64,000 nucleotides of DNA, from assembly GCA_963739455.1 (NCBI GenBank), contig CAVUAK010000001.1, forward strand, positions 2,368,001 to 2,432,000, read 5' to 3'. The notes beneath the pieces were generated by a model. The model was not told the DNA's origin, did not search any database, and was given only the letters and a program-made list of their open reading frames with translations. Position 1 is the stretch's first letter; the number at the start of each line of letters is the position of its first letter. A program made the position numbers and the translations under genes. Below, in pieces: positions 31,390 through 40,895 of this stretch. This DNA is from an uncultured Gemmatimonadales bacterium. GTDB lineage: Bacteria > Gemmatimonadota > Gemmatimonadetes > Gemmatimonadales > GWC2-71-9.

Positions 31390-31890
31390 ATGAACAGTCG
31401 ACGACAGGTCACCCTGTTCGTGCCGAGCGATGAGGCGCGCCTGCTCGAACCGATCAGGAAGCGTATGGACCCGGTTCAGCATCGGCTGATCGCGGCGCAC
31501 GTGACGCTCTGTCGCGACGAGGACCTCGCGCACCTGCCTGACGCGGAGCTCGAGAGTCGGCTGGCGCACGCGGGCCAATTGCCTCTGACGCTGCAGTTCG
31601 GGCGGCCCGAGGCGTTCGGGGGGCACGGGGTGCTCCTCCCGTGCGTTGCCGGCGAGGAGTCGTTTGACCGGTTGCGGGTGGCACTCCTCGGTGTCGAAGC
31701 GCGACCTCACGGCGCGCACATCACGCTCGCGCATCCGCGGAATCCGCGCGCGGCCGGGAACGTCGCCTCGACCTGGGCGTCACTGGCTTTCCCGCTCAGC
31801 ATCTCGTTCAGCGAGGTGAGCCTCATCGAGCAACGGGACGGTCAGCCGTGGGAAGTGCGAGAGACGCACCAGTTCCCTGCGGAGGGCTAG
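31390..31890 (+). CDS. 2H phosphoesterase (2'-5' RNA ligase-like)
   Basis: Two HxT motifs (HVTL, HITL). Confidence 0.8.
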   Translation: MNSRRQVTLFVPSDEARLLEPIRKRMDPVQHRLIAAHVTLCRDEDLAHLPDAELESRLAHAGQLPLTLQFGRPEAFGGHGVLLPCVAGEESFDRLRVALLGVEARPHGAHITLAHPRNPRAAGNVASTWASLAFPLSISFSEVSLIEQRDGQPWEVRETHQFPAEG

Positions 31891-32072
31891 GGAACAGCGG
31901 GAAGAGGGAAGATGGAAGAGGGACGATGACACCGCCTGGCGTCATATTCGAGGACCCGGTTGCTGCGATGGAAGAGGTCAAGAAGTTCCTTCCGCCCAGC
32001 GTGGGCGCTTCGCTCGAGGTACCGGAGTAGGCGTCGGTTGCGCCGGCGACCTTTCGCTTTATATTCGGGTCT

Positions 32073-33332
32073 GTGTCCGGACCAGCCCACGATCTCTCGA
32101 AGCTGCGCATCAACCGCGACCCGCCGCCTGAAGTGCGGCGCGCTTTCGGTCGTACCCTCCTCATCATCCTGATTGTCCTCGCCGTGGTTGCCGCGGCGGT
32201 CTTTGTCATGCGCCGGAACGCCGTGGTGCCGGTGGAGGCCGTGGTCGTCGAGGGGAGCACGAGCGGCGGGTCACCTGCGGCCGGGAGTACGGCGGTGACG
32301 GCGAACGGCTACGTGGTGGCGCGCACGCGGGCGGCGGTATCGGCGAAGATCCCAGGGCGGCTGGCGTCGCTGCCGGTGGACGGCGGATCAGTGGTGAAGA
32401 AGGGGGAGGTCATCGCCCGGCTAGACAATGCGGACTACCAGGCGGCGGTGGCGGAGCAGAAGGGGAACCTCGCCAACGCCGAGGCGGCGCTCATCGAGGC
32501 CGAGGCTGAAAGGGACCAGGCGGGGCGGGAGTATGCGCGGGTGAAGGACATGCGCGCATCGAACCCGAACCTGATTTCGGCGCAGGATGAAGAGGTCTCG
32601 CAGAATCGTCTCACCACGACGACGGCGCGGGCTAATGCGGCGCGAGCGCGGGTGCAGGCGGCCAACGCGGCACTCCAGTTTGCCGAAGCCAACCTCGAGA
32701 ACACGATCATCCGCGCTCCCTTCAGCGGCACGGTGCTGCGGAAGGAAGCGGAAGTGGGTGAGGTGGTGGCACCGAGCGTGGGTGGCGGGCTGACGCGTGG
32801 CGCAGTGGTGACGATGGCCGACCTGAGCACGCTCGAGGTGGAGGTGGACGTCAACGAGGCGTACATCGGGCGCGTGCAGCATGGGCAGCAGGCGCGCATC
32901 ACGCTCGACGCGTATCCGGACACGGCGTTCCGGGGTGCGGTGCGACAGGTGGTGCCGACGGCCGACCGGCAGCGCGCGACGGTGCAGGTGAAGGTGACGA
33001 TCCTGGATCACGACTCGCGGATCCTGCCGGAGATGGGTGCGAGGGTGGACTTCATCACGGCGTCGGCGGATACGGCGGCGTCCGGGAAGGTGGCGAGCAC
33101 GGAGTCGGCACCGCGGTACCGTCTCCCGGCTGCGGCGGTGCACGAGTCGGGCGGCGGCACGATCGTGTGGCTCATCCGGGGCGGCAAGCTGGAGTCGCGC
33201 AGTGTAGACGCGGGCCCGGTGAGCGCCGGCTTTCGCGAGATCCGGAAGGGACTCAGCGGCGGCGAGCAGGTGCTGGTGAGCGGAGTGACCCAGCCGGAGC
33301 AGGGGATGCGGGTGGAAGTCAGGGGGAAGTAA
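32073..33332 (+). CDS. Efflux periplasmic adaptor (MacA-like)
   Basis: TM anchor, VKKGEVIARLD, coiled coil, IRAPFSG, VDVNE, LPEM. Confidence 0.9.
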   Translation: MSGPAHDLSKLRINRDPPPEVRRAFGRTLLIILIVLAVVAAAVFVMRRNAVVPVEAVVVEGSTSGGSPAAGSTAVTANGYVVARTRAAVSAKIPGRLASLPVDGGSVVKKGEVIARLDNADYQAAVAEQKGNLANAEAALIEAEAERDQAGREYARVKDMRASNPNLISAQDEEVSQNRLTTTTARANAARARVQAANAALQFAEANLENTIIRAPFSGTVLRKEAEVGEVVAPSVGGGLTRGAVVTMADLSTLEVEVDVNEAYIGRVQHGQQARITLDAYPDTAFRGAVRQVVPTADRQRATVQVKVTILDHDSRILPEMGARVDFITASADTAASGKVASTESAPRYRLPAAAVHESGGGTIVWLIRGGKLESRSVDAGPVSAGFREIRKGLSGGEQVLVSGVTQPEQGMRVEVRGK

Positions 33333-33377
33333 CCGTCACATTGAGAGCAGTTCCGAACCCATTACATCGAGCTTCGT

Positions 33378-34066
33378 ATGGCCCTCGTTGAAATCCGTGA
33401 CGTGTACAAGAGCTTCACTCGCGGCGCCGAGCGAATCGAGGTTTTCGCCGGCCTGACGATCGATTTGGAGGAGGGCAACTTCACGGCGCTGATGGGCCCA
33501 TCGGGCTCCGGCAAGTCCACGCTGCTCAATCTGATCGCGGGCCTCGACAAGCCGACGAGCGGCAGTGTGCGGGTGAACGGGTCGGAAGTGAGCGCGATGA
33601 CGCCGTCGCAGCTGGCGGACTGGCGCTCGGAGAACGTCGGCTTCGTGTTCCAGTCGTACAACCTGCTGCCGGTGCTCACGGCGCTCCAGAACGTGGAACT
33701 GCCGCTGCTGCTCACGAAGCTCTCGAAGAAGGATCGCGACGAGCGGACGAAGATCGCGCTGGGCGTGGTCGGGCTCGACGACCGGATGGATCACTATCCG
33801 CGGCAGCTCTCCGGCGGACAGGAGCAGCGCGTGGCGATCGCGCGCGCCATCGTCGCCGACCCGACGCTCATGCTGCTCGACGAGCCGACGGGGCAGCTCG
33901 ACGCGAAGAGCTCGGACGACGTGCTGTCGCTGCTGGCGCGGCTCAACGACGAGTTCGACAAGACAATCCTCATGGTGACGCACGACCCGGCAGCCGCGAG
34001 CCGAGCGAAGCGCCAGCTGCACCTGGAGAAGGGACGTTCGTGGAGCAGGCGGAGCTGGTGCCATGA
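33378..34066 (+). CDS. ABC transporter ATP-binding protein (LolD/MacB type; indel ~34032)
   Basis: [28 protein letters not shown]. Confidence 0.93.
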
Positions 34067-35211
34067 AGTTCCTGGACCGCTGCTCCGCGCCAATCTTGGC
34101 CGCCACAAGCTGCGCACGATCCTCACCATCGCGAGCGTGGCGCTGGCGCTCTTCCTGTTCGCGTCGCTCCGCAGTGTCGTCACGACGCTTGGTGCCGCGG
34201 CTCAGTTCGGCAGCGCGCGCCGGCTCGATCGCGCAGAACGCCACCGCGTTCGTCATGCCGCTGCCGATGAGCTATGCCAACGCGACTCGAGGCGGTGCCG
34301 CACGTGGAGGCGGTGACGTGGGCCAACTGGTTCGGCGGAAAGTACGGCGATGGGAAGAGTTCTTCGCGCAGTTCGCGGTGGAGCCGAAGTCGTATCTCAA
34401 GATGTATCCCGAGATGTCGGTGCCGGACGACCAGAAGCAGGCGTTCCTGCAGGAAAGGGCGGGGCGTTGATCGGCGCGGGCCTGGTAGACGCTGTTCGGC
34501 TGGAAGGTCGGCCACAACGTGACGCTGCAGGGGACGATCTTCCCGGGCGACTGGATCTTCACCATCCGGGGCATCTACACCCGACCGATCCGTCGATCAA
34601 TGACGACGCGCTCATGTTTCACTACGACTACCTCTACGAGCGCACCGGCCGGAGGGGAACGCCGGGGTGGTTCATCATGAAGATCGACAAGCCGGACAAT
34701 GCGGCACAGATCGCGAAGACGATCGACGATCAGTTCAGGAACTCGACCGTATCCCACCAAGACGGGGACGGAGACAGGCGTTCGCCGCGGGCTTCGCCAC
34801 GATGTGGGGCAACGTCAAGCTGCTGATGAGCACGATCGGCATGGCGGTGGTGTTCGCCATCCTGCTCGTGACGGCGAACGCGATGATGATGAATGCAGCG
34901 CGAGCGGACGCCGGAGGTCGCGGTGATGAAGACGGTCGGCTTCTCCGATCGCCTGCTGTTCGGGCTGGTGATGGCGGAGTCAGCGGCTCATCTCGATCGC
35001 GGGCGCGGTGCTCGGCCTCGGGGCGGCGACGCTGCTTTACCGGGCCACGAACTTCAACGCCGGCGGGTTCCTGCCGGGATTCCACGTGAGCTGGGGGACC
35101 ATCGCGACCGGCGGGGTGATCGCGCTGGTGCTCACGGTCGCGAGCGGGATCTTGCCGGCGCTGCAGGCGGCCCGGCTGCCGGTGGTGCAGGCGCTGCGGA
35201 GGGTCGAATGA
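34063..35211 (+). CDS. ABC permease (FtsX/MacB type), multiple indels
   Basis: [35 protein letters not shown] across frames. Confidence 0.8.
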
Positions 35212-36376
35212 AGATCCCCCTTTCTACAACGTGCGCAGCATGCGGGCGCGGCCGGTGTCGACGGCGCTGACGGCGCTCGGCATCGCGCTCGTGGTGGCGG
35301 TGTTCGTCGCGATGCTCGCGCTGGCGAACGGCTTTGCGTCGGCACTGGTGCGGACCGGGTCGCCGGACAACGTGCTCGTGCTCCGGAAGGGCGCCGACAG
35401 CGAGATGTCGAGCAGCATCGCGCGCGAGGCGTCGAGCATCATCAGCGTCGATACCGCAGGTGGCGCGTGGGCGCCGACGGTCGCCCGCTCGTGAGTCCCG
35501 AGACGTACGTGGTGATCCCGCTCGGGCGCATCGAGGATACGTCGGGGATGGCCAACGTCGTGCTGCGCGGCGTCGATCGGACAGGCGTTCGAAGGTGCGC
35601 ACCAACATCAAGGTGACGAAGGGCCGGTTGCCGGCCAGCGGGCAGAGCGAGCTCTGCCTCGGCAAGAAGCTGGTTGGTCGTTTCGCCAACACGGCGGTGG
35701 GGCAGTCGATGACGTTCGCAGCGCAACCGTGGAACGTGGTCTGTCACTTCACGGCGGGCGGGTCGGCGTTCGAGTCGGAGATGTGGGGCGAGAACGAGCA
35801 GTTCCAGGGCGTCTTCCGCGGGAGAGTCTTCCAGTCGGTGACGTTCCGGCTGAACGATCCGGGTGCGTTCGAGGAAGTGAAGCGCAGTCTCGAGGCCGAC
35901 CAGCGGTTCACGGTGGATGTGCACCGGGAGTCGGAGTTCTACGCGCGACCAGTCGCAGCTGCTGGGGAACATCCTCCGGTTCCTGGCGATCATGATCACG
36001 ACGATCATGGCGGTGGGCGCGGTGTTCGGCGCGGTGAACACGATGTATGCGGCGGTCTCGTCGCGCACGCCGGAGATCGCGGTGCTGCTGACGCTCGGGT
36101 TCAAGCCGAGGAGTGTGCTGGCGAGTTTCCTGATCGAGTCGGCGGTGATCGCGTTCATCGGGGGAGTGATCGGGTGCCTGATGGCGCTGCCGATCAACGG
36201 GGTGGTGACGAGTACGACCAACTGGGCGACGTTCAGCGAGATCGCGTTCGCGTTCCGGGTCACGCCGCAGCTGCTGCTGACGGGGCTGGTGTTCGCGGTG
36301 GTGATGGGGATGCTGGGCGGGATTCTTCCCGGCTCGGAGGGCGAGCAAGGTACCGGTGGTGCAGGCGCTGAGGTAG
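35208..36376 (+). CDS. ABC permease (FtsX/MacB type), multiple indels
   Basis: YNVRSM..RPVST, NTMYAAVSSRT.EIAVLLTLGF, FAFRVTP; ends VVQALR-TAG. Confidence 0.8.
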
Positions 36377-36415
36377 GACGTGAGGACGTGAGGACGTGAA
36401 GACGTGAAGACGTGA
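36376..36415 (+). repeat. (G/A)GACGTGA x5 octamer repeat
   Basis: Read directly; the same unit occurs x3 at ~56155-56178. Confidence 0.9.
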
Positions 36416-36462
36416 GGTAGACTGCGACCCTTTTCACTTGAGGATGATTGAGTCCGGGTGGG

Positions 36463-36509
36463 ATGGGGCGTTTGGCCTATGTGGGTGCGGTGGTCGGGCT
36501 GGGTATGTT
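36463..36509 (+). promoter_or_regulatory. Palindromic box plus -10 (copy 1), upstream of the cassette array
   Basis: ATGGGGCGTTTGGCCTAT-N23-TATGTT. Confidence 0.65.
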
Positions 36510-36575
36510 CGGTGAGTGGGAGAGTCTCGCAACTCATGAGTTAGTTAGGCCGCTGCCGACCAATATGGGGAAGCT

Positions 36576-37118
36576 ATGGCGTACTTCGATGGGCTAACGG
36601 CAAGCATCACGCAGACGGGGCTGGACGGTCGCACCTACTACGCTCCGGTCGGGCGGTATGGATCTCTGCACTTGGTGCCTGATGAGGTTGCGCTCACGGC
36701 GCTAAGGCGCGACTGGCGCCGGTTCTTCATCGCGTCCTTCGCTGTCATGATGGGCGTGATCATGTTCGCAGGGCCGGCGCGGCTCATGGGAGCTGGCTGG
36801 GCTTTTCTGCTGTTAGCGCCGCTCATCGCCGGTCTGATTGCCACGGGATACGGCTTGGTCCTCGCGCGACGGTTGCCGCGCGCTGCGATCACGCACGATC
36901 AACTTGTCCGCGTGAGCCCGGCCCAGGCACAGGCGAGGGTGCGTACGGCGATGGGTCCGAAGACATGGCTGCTGGTCGTTGGGTGTTCAGTCCTCATGAG
37001 CGTGGTTAGCGTAGCAGTCGCAATCATCACTCCAACACCAACGCTATGGTTCGGCGCGGTCTTCTTCGTGGCCTGCACAGTGAGCTTCTTGTGGCGACAC
37101 AAGACACCCAGGCCCTGA
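36576..37118 (+). CDS. Cassette 1: hypothetical 4-TM membrane protein
   Basis: ORF between GTTAGGC (36544) and attC1. Confidence 0.75.
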   Translation: MAYFDGLTASITQTGLDGRTYYAPVGRYGSLHLVPDEVALTALRRDWRRFFIASFAVMMGVIMFAGPARLMGAGWAFLLLAPLIAGLIATGYGLVLARRLPRAAITHDQLVRVSPAQAQARVRTAMGPKTWLLVVGCSVLMSVVSVAVAIITPTPTLWFGAVFFVACTVSFLWRHKTPRP

Positions 37119-37129
37119 GCGCGGCGGCG

Positions 37130-37259
37130 GCCTAACACGCACATGGTGCCGCCGGCCGCGGGTGTTGATGCGGCGCCAGCGCCGCCCGTGCTACCAGCTC
37201 TTTCAGCCGCGTCGCTGGCGCCGCGACCGCGGCCGCGGCACATGTGCAACGCGCTATGC
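37130..37259 (+). other. attC site 1 (130 bp; R' reads GCTATGC instead of GTTATGC)
   Basis: GCCTAAC..gcacatgGtgccgCcggccgcgg...ccgcggccgcggcacatgtgc..GCTATGC; long hairpin with extrahelical bases. Confidence 0.88.
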
Positions 37260-37275
37260 CGCACGTGGAGGGAAT

Positions 37276-37551
37276 ATGGCACGCTTCCTAATTAGGTGGC
37301 GCCCCCTGCTGTGGGTCGCTGGTCTTGTGGTTGTGGCAGTGTTGATCTCGTTCACGTGGGAACGTCAGACTTCGTATGACGACGGAGGCCTTGGGACGGC
37401 GAGCTTCCTCGTGACCACAGTGTCCGCTATACCGGGCCAAGCCCTCGGCCTCGGGTATGGAGCTAGCCTGTTCGTCGCGGTGCTGGGGCTTGTTATAACC
37501 GATGTCGTTTCGCGACGGGCGCTTGTCGCTCGAGGCCGGATCGACAAGTGA
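37276..37551 (+). CDS. Cassette 2: small membrane protein
   Basis: GGAGGG RBS; 91 aa, hydrophobic. Confidence 0.7.
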   Translation: MARFLIRWRPLLWVAGLVVVAVLISFTWERQTSYDDGGLGTASFLVTTVSAIPGQALGLGYGASLFVAVLGLVITDVVSRRALVARGRIDK

Positions 37552-37584
37552 GGCGAGGTGGCTCAACGTTTTGATGCGCGCGCG

Positions 37585-37715
37585 GCATAACGAGCACATG
37601 GTGGCTGTCGGCCGCGGGTGTCTATGCGGCACGAGCGCGGCCTGTGCTTCAAGCCTGTTAAGCCGCCGCGCTCGCGCCGCCACCGCGGCCGCAGCACATG
37701 CGCAAAGCGTTAGAC
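37585..37715 (+). other. attC site 2 (131 bp, intact)
   Basis: GCATAAC...GTTAGAC; arms homologous to attC1; unpaired G, G, T on the left arm. Confidence 0.92.
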
Positions 37716-37720
37716 CGCCA

Positions 37721-38404
37721 ATGACAACAAGAGGCCGCACGACGATGCTTGACGATGGATCGGAAGCCCAACCCCTCTACCTGCAGGCGACCCTTCGAGG
37801 GCCGACCGCCAGGCTAACAGCGACGCTAAGCTTCCTGAACGGGTTCGGTGAACGGTCGCCACCCACCGAGCCACCAGCATTGCTCCTGCAAAGCCTCATT
37901 GTCGCGGGGCCACGCACACCCGAAGGTGCAATCGTCGAGGCTGTGACGTTGCCGTGGCACCACATACTCGGCCTAATAGCTGCCAACGAGGAGACGATCC
38001 ACCAGATCGACTGGCGCAAGTGGGAGGAGATCATCGCCGGCGCCTACAAACAGGAAGGATACGACGTCGTTATCACCGCTCGGTCCAACGACGGCGGGCG
38101 CGACATTATCGCTACCAAGGTCGACGTTGGCTCTATTCGCATCCTGGATCAAGTGAAGGCGTATTCGCCGGGGCACCTTGTGAATGCAGATGAGGTGAGG
38201 GCGATGATGGGCGTCCTGAGCCTTGAGGGGAACGTGTCCAAGGGCTTTGTCACCACCACGTCAGATTTTGCCCCTGGGATCATGAAGGACCCTCGACTGG
38301 CGGGGTTCATGCCGCATCGCCTCGAGCTTCGCAATCGCTCCAAGCTGCTGCAGTGGCTAGCTGATCTGGCGCTGCGTGGCGCCTCGGAGCCAAAGGCGGT
38401 CTAA
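37721..38404 (+). CDS. Cassette 3: Mrr-family restriction endonuclease (start 37721 or 37745)
   Basis: WEEIIA..Y..EGY, DGGRDIIA, DQVKAY, EVR, TTSDF. Stop TAA lies inside GTCTAAC. Confidence 0.85.
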   Translation: MTTRGRTTMLDDGSEAQPLYLQATLRGPTARLTATLSFLNGFGERSPPTEPPALLLQSLIVAGPRTPEGAIVEAVTLPWHHILGLIAANEETIHQIDWRKWEEIIAGAYKQEGYDVVITARSNDGGRDIIATKVDVGSIRILDQVKAYSPGHLVNADEVRAMMGVLSLEGNVSKGFVTTTSDFAPGIMKDPRLAGFMPHRLELRNRSKLLQWLADLALRGASEPKAV

Positions 38405-38417
38405 CAACGCGTTAGCT
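38399..38417 (+). other. Truncated 19-bp attC (R''-5 nt-R')
   Basis: GTCTAAC-AACGC-GTTAGCT. Confidence 0.8.
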
Positions 38418-38439
38418 TGCACTAGCTAGGGAGAAATCC

Positions 38440-38661
38440 ATGCCGACGTCTGCCAACCCCTACCTGCTGCAGATCCTCATGAGTCTGTATTTCGCCGGAA
38501 CCGCCGCGCGGTGGCTGATTACGCCCACCAACCACCCTGACGCCTCGACATTGCGGTACGTCGGCGTCTGGGCGCAGCTCATCATCGCAGTGGCTCTCCT
38601 CATCCGTTTCAGTCGCAAGGCCAAGGCTGCTGCGAATGGCTCCGCTGTAAGCGCAAGCTGA
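38440..38661 (+). CDS. Cassette 4: 73-aa two-TM protein
   Basis: GGGAG RBS; stop inside AGCTGAC, followed by the attC-like remnant aagcacatgtgcc. Confidence 0.68.
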   Translation: MPTSANPYLLQILMSLYFAGTAARWLITPTNHPDASTLRYVGVWAQLIIAVALLIRFSRKAKAAANGSAVSAS

Positions 38662-38708
38662 CAAGCACATGTGCCACGTGCCATGTGGCCGCACAACCGG
38701 AGGCCATC

Positions 38709-39068
38709 ATGGTCGCTGACATCTTTGACAATGGTTCGGGTCCTGAGGCGCTCCTGGAGGCCATCGCCCGACAAGCTTCGCGGGCTTCCCGAATGCAACT
38801 CACCATCCTCCTGGCGCTCGCCACATTGGGGTCCGTCGGGGCCGCGCTGACTGCTGGTCACGGGTTGGCGCTCGCCATCGCGATCAGTGCGTTGTGCGCC
38901 TCGACGGCGGTGCTGGCGCTATGGGAGCTTTGGCGCCGATCGACAGTGCGCCCGACGCGCATGCGAGCCGCCCTTCAGACGGGTCTCGCGACACTCGGCG
39001 TGGTCCTCTGGTTTCTCAGTGGCATGGCGCTGCTGCTCGTGCTACTCGGCGATTCGTGGAAGCTATAG
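38709..39068 (+). CDS. Hypothetical membrane protein
   Basis: GGAGG RBS; three hydrophobic segments. Confidence 0.65.
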   Translation: MVADIFDNGSGPEALLEAIARQASRASRMQLTILLALATLGSVGAALTAGHGLALAIAISALCASTAVLALWELWRRSTVRPTRMRAALQTGLATLGVVLWFLSGMALLLVLLGDSWKL

Positions 39069-39126
39069 GCGACAGGCCGCGCCGCCCGGTGCGTGCGCCC
39101 AAGGTGAGTGATGCTATGGGGACGCC

Positions 39127-39585
39127 ATGAAGCCCTGGCTTGCCGGTCTCGCCATAGTCGCCCTTGGCGGAGCTGCCACACCTGCATCAAGTCAGGTGGC
39201 GAACCCCGTTTTTGTTGTGACCGCCACGGGGGCCATTCCAGCCGCCTTGCCGGCTCTCAATGCATGGCTCACACAGCTCGATCTGGCTGAATACGGCGCT
39301 AGCTGGGATTCCGCGTCGGCGGCTTTTCAGGCGGCGACGGAGAGGGCCGAGTGGGAGAAGGCGGTCCTGCAAGCGCGGGGCGCGTTCGAGCCGTTCGGTG
39401 CCCGGCAGTTGATCACGCTTGCCTATAGCCGTGATTCGACGCGCAAGGCTGACGGTGAGACAGTCCTCGCTCAGTATCGCACTGCGGTGGAAGGCCAGCG
39501 GACGGTCCTCGAAACAGTCACAGTAGCGAAGGGGCCCGATGGACGCTGGCGCGGTGCTGGCTACTTTGTGCGCCTCCAGCCGTAG
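39127..39585 (+). CDS. DUF4019-domain secreted protein
   Basis: Signal peptide; WL..LD...Y.ASW..AS..FQ, LETVT, DGRWR..GYFV. Confidence 0.78.
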   Translation: MKPWLAGLAIVALGGAATPASSQVANPVFVVTATGAIPAALPALNAWLTQLDLAEYGASWDSASAAFQAATERAEWEKAVLQARGAFEPFGARQLITLAYSRDSTRKADGETVLAQYRTAVEGQRTVLETVTVAKGPDGRWRGAGYFVRLQP

Positions 39586-39604
39586 TCCTGACAGGGGATC
39601 CATT

Positions 39605-40228
39605 GTGAGGCGGATTGCGGTTCCCCAGCTGTTACCCCTTGTCACGGCCATAGTGCTACATGCGACGGCATTGGTGGCGATTGCGTTCCTATGGCACGCA
39701 GCGCCTCAGCCGGTTGCGCTCGGCGCTCGCAGGGCACCCTCCGATCCTGTCCGCTTCGTTCTCCCTGTACTGATTCCTATCGCCGATGCCCGCCAGAAGG
39801 CGCGCGAACGAAAGCCCGAGCGGAGCACGAGCGAGCCTCAGCCTTCCGACGCGGGGACGCCTGCCTCGCCAAACGCGGAACCCATGCCCAGCGAAGGCGG
39901 CACCGCTTCCGTCGCAGAGGGTTCTACGGGACCTGGGTGGGCATATCGGCCTGCGCAGCCCTCGTCGCGCTTCACTGAAGCAACCTCGCGCTCGGTGATG
40001 TCGGATCTCCCGGCGCGCCCAAACTGTGCCGAGGAGCACCTCCAGCAATTTCACTGCGCTCAGCTTCAGTCCCGCTGGTCCCTTGATTCCAGTATAAGCG
40101 TCAACTTGAACTGCGCCCGCGTCACCCTGTCCCGCCAGCGATACGCCGAGTGTGTGCGGCACCCAATGGTCGCCGTCGATACCTCCCCGATGGACCGCTC
40201 CTCCGGGGAGAGCATCGCACCGGAATAG
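39605..40228 (+). CDS. Hypothetical protein (N-terminal TM, Pro/Ser-rich linker, Cys-containing C-terminus)
   Basis: TAIVLH TM anchor resembling TonB-type anchors; no family recognised. Confidence 0.5.
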   Translation: MRRIAVPQLLPLVTAIVLHATALVAIAFLWHAAPQPVALGARRAPSDPVRFVLPVLIPIADARQKARERKPERSTSEPQPSDAGTPASPNAEPMPSEGGTASVAEGSTGPGWAYRPAQPSSRFTEATSRSVMSDLPARPNCAEEHLQQFHCAQLQSRWSLDSSISVNLNCARVTLSRQRYAECVRHPMVAVDTSPMDRSSGESIAPE

Positions 40229-40265
40229 CATGGTGTGTCGACCCGGCACGGCGGGCAAGCAAGTT

Positions 40266-40311
40266 ATGGGTCGTTTGGCCTATGGGGCGCGATCGTGAGG
40301 CTGGGTATCGT
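40266..40311 (+). promoter_or_regulatory. Palindromic box plus -10 (copy 2)
   Basis: ATGGGTCGTTTGGCCTAT-N22-TATCGT. Confidence 0.68.
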
Positions 40312-40364
40312 TCCCCGGACAGTCGTTCCGCTGCCCTTGCGCTGTTGACGACCCCGGAGGCTGG

Positions 40365-40865
40365 ATGAGTGAGCCTTCCTCGAAGCTCGAAGGCCTTGGC
40401 GGATGGCTGCTGTTCGTCGCCATTGGCCTCTTTGCGAGGCCAGTGGGGATCCTCATGAACGAGGCGCCTGCACTCGTCAAGATCGTAACTGACGGTACGT
40501 GGCATGCGCGCACAACGCCTGGAAGCCCGGACTATCATCCACTCTGGCGCTACACGCTGGGCCAGGAGATTGTCGGCAACGTTGGTGTTCTCCTTGTGGA
40601 GCTGTGGCTCATTTTCTTGTTCTACCGGCGCTCACCACGGTTCCCCGCCTGGTATATCGCCTGGGCGCTGTTCATGCCGGTGTTCATCCTGACCGACTCC
40701 TGGCTCTTTACCAGGATCCTGCCAGCCGAGCCATTGTTTGATCCTGTAACCCTCAGGAAGTTCGCCGGCACGGCAATTGGAGCCCTCATATGGGTTCCCT
40801 ACATGCTTGTGTCGAAGCGGGTCAAGGCAACGTTTGTTCCTTCCCCGCGCGGGCGTTCAGGCTAG
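40365..40865 (+). CDS. DUF2569-family membrane protein
   Basis: GLGGWL N-terminus and WVPYMLVSKRVKATF C-terminus. Confidence 0.85.
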   Translation: MSEPSSKLEGLGGWLLFVAIGLFARPVGILMNEAPALVKIVTDGTWHARTTPGSPDYHPLWRYTLGQEIVGNVGVLLVELWLIFLFYRRSPRFPAWYIAWALFMPVFILTDSWLFTRILPAEPLFDPVTLRKFAGTAIGALIWVPYMLVSKRVKATFVPSPRGRSG

Positions 40866-40895
40866 CTGACATTACAAGAGGGCACGTACTCCGCG

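Larger units (their letters stand above)
36544..38675 (+). mobile_element. Integron gene-cassette array without an integrase in the window (CALIN), at least 4 cassettes
   Basis: Core and inverse-core pairs: GTTAGGC/GCCTAAC, GCTATGC/GCATAAC, GTTAGAC/GTCTAAC, GTTAGCT/AGCTGAC, with one ORF between each pair. Confidence 0.88.

Noticed and set aside
34030..36340. Fragmented ABC exporter genes
   Set aside because: Dense indels without nonsense decay, the same artefact pattern as at ~13190, ~20418, ~27120, ~46130, ~47789 and ~49535.
38700..40890. Further attC sites between the DUF4019, DUF2569 and neighbouring genes
   Set aside because: No RYYYAAC...GTTRRRY hairpins found by eye. These genes may be former cassettes but that cannot be supported.
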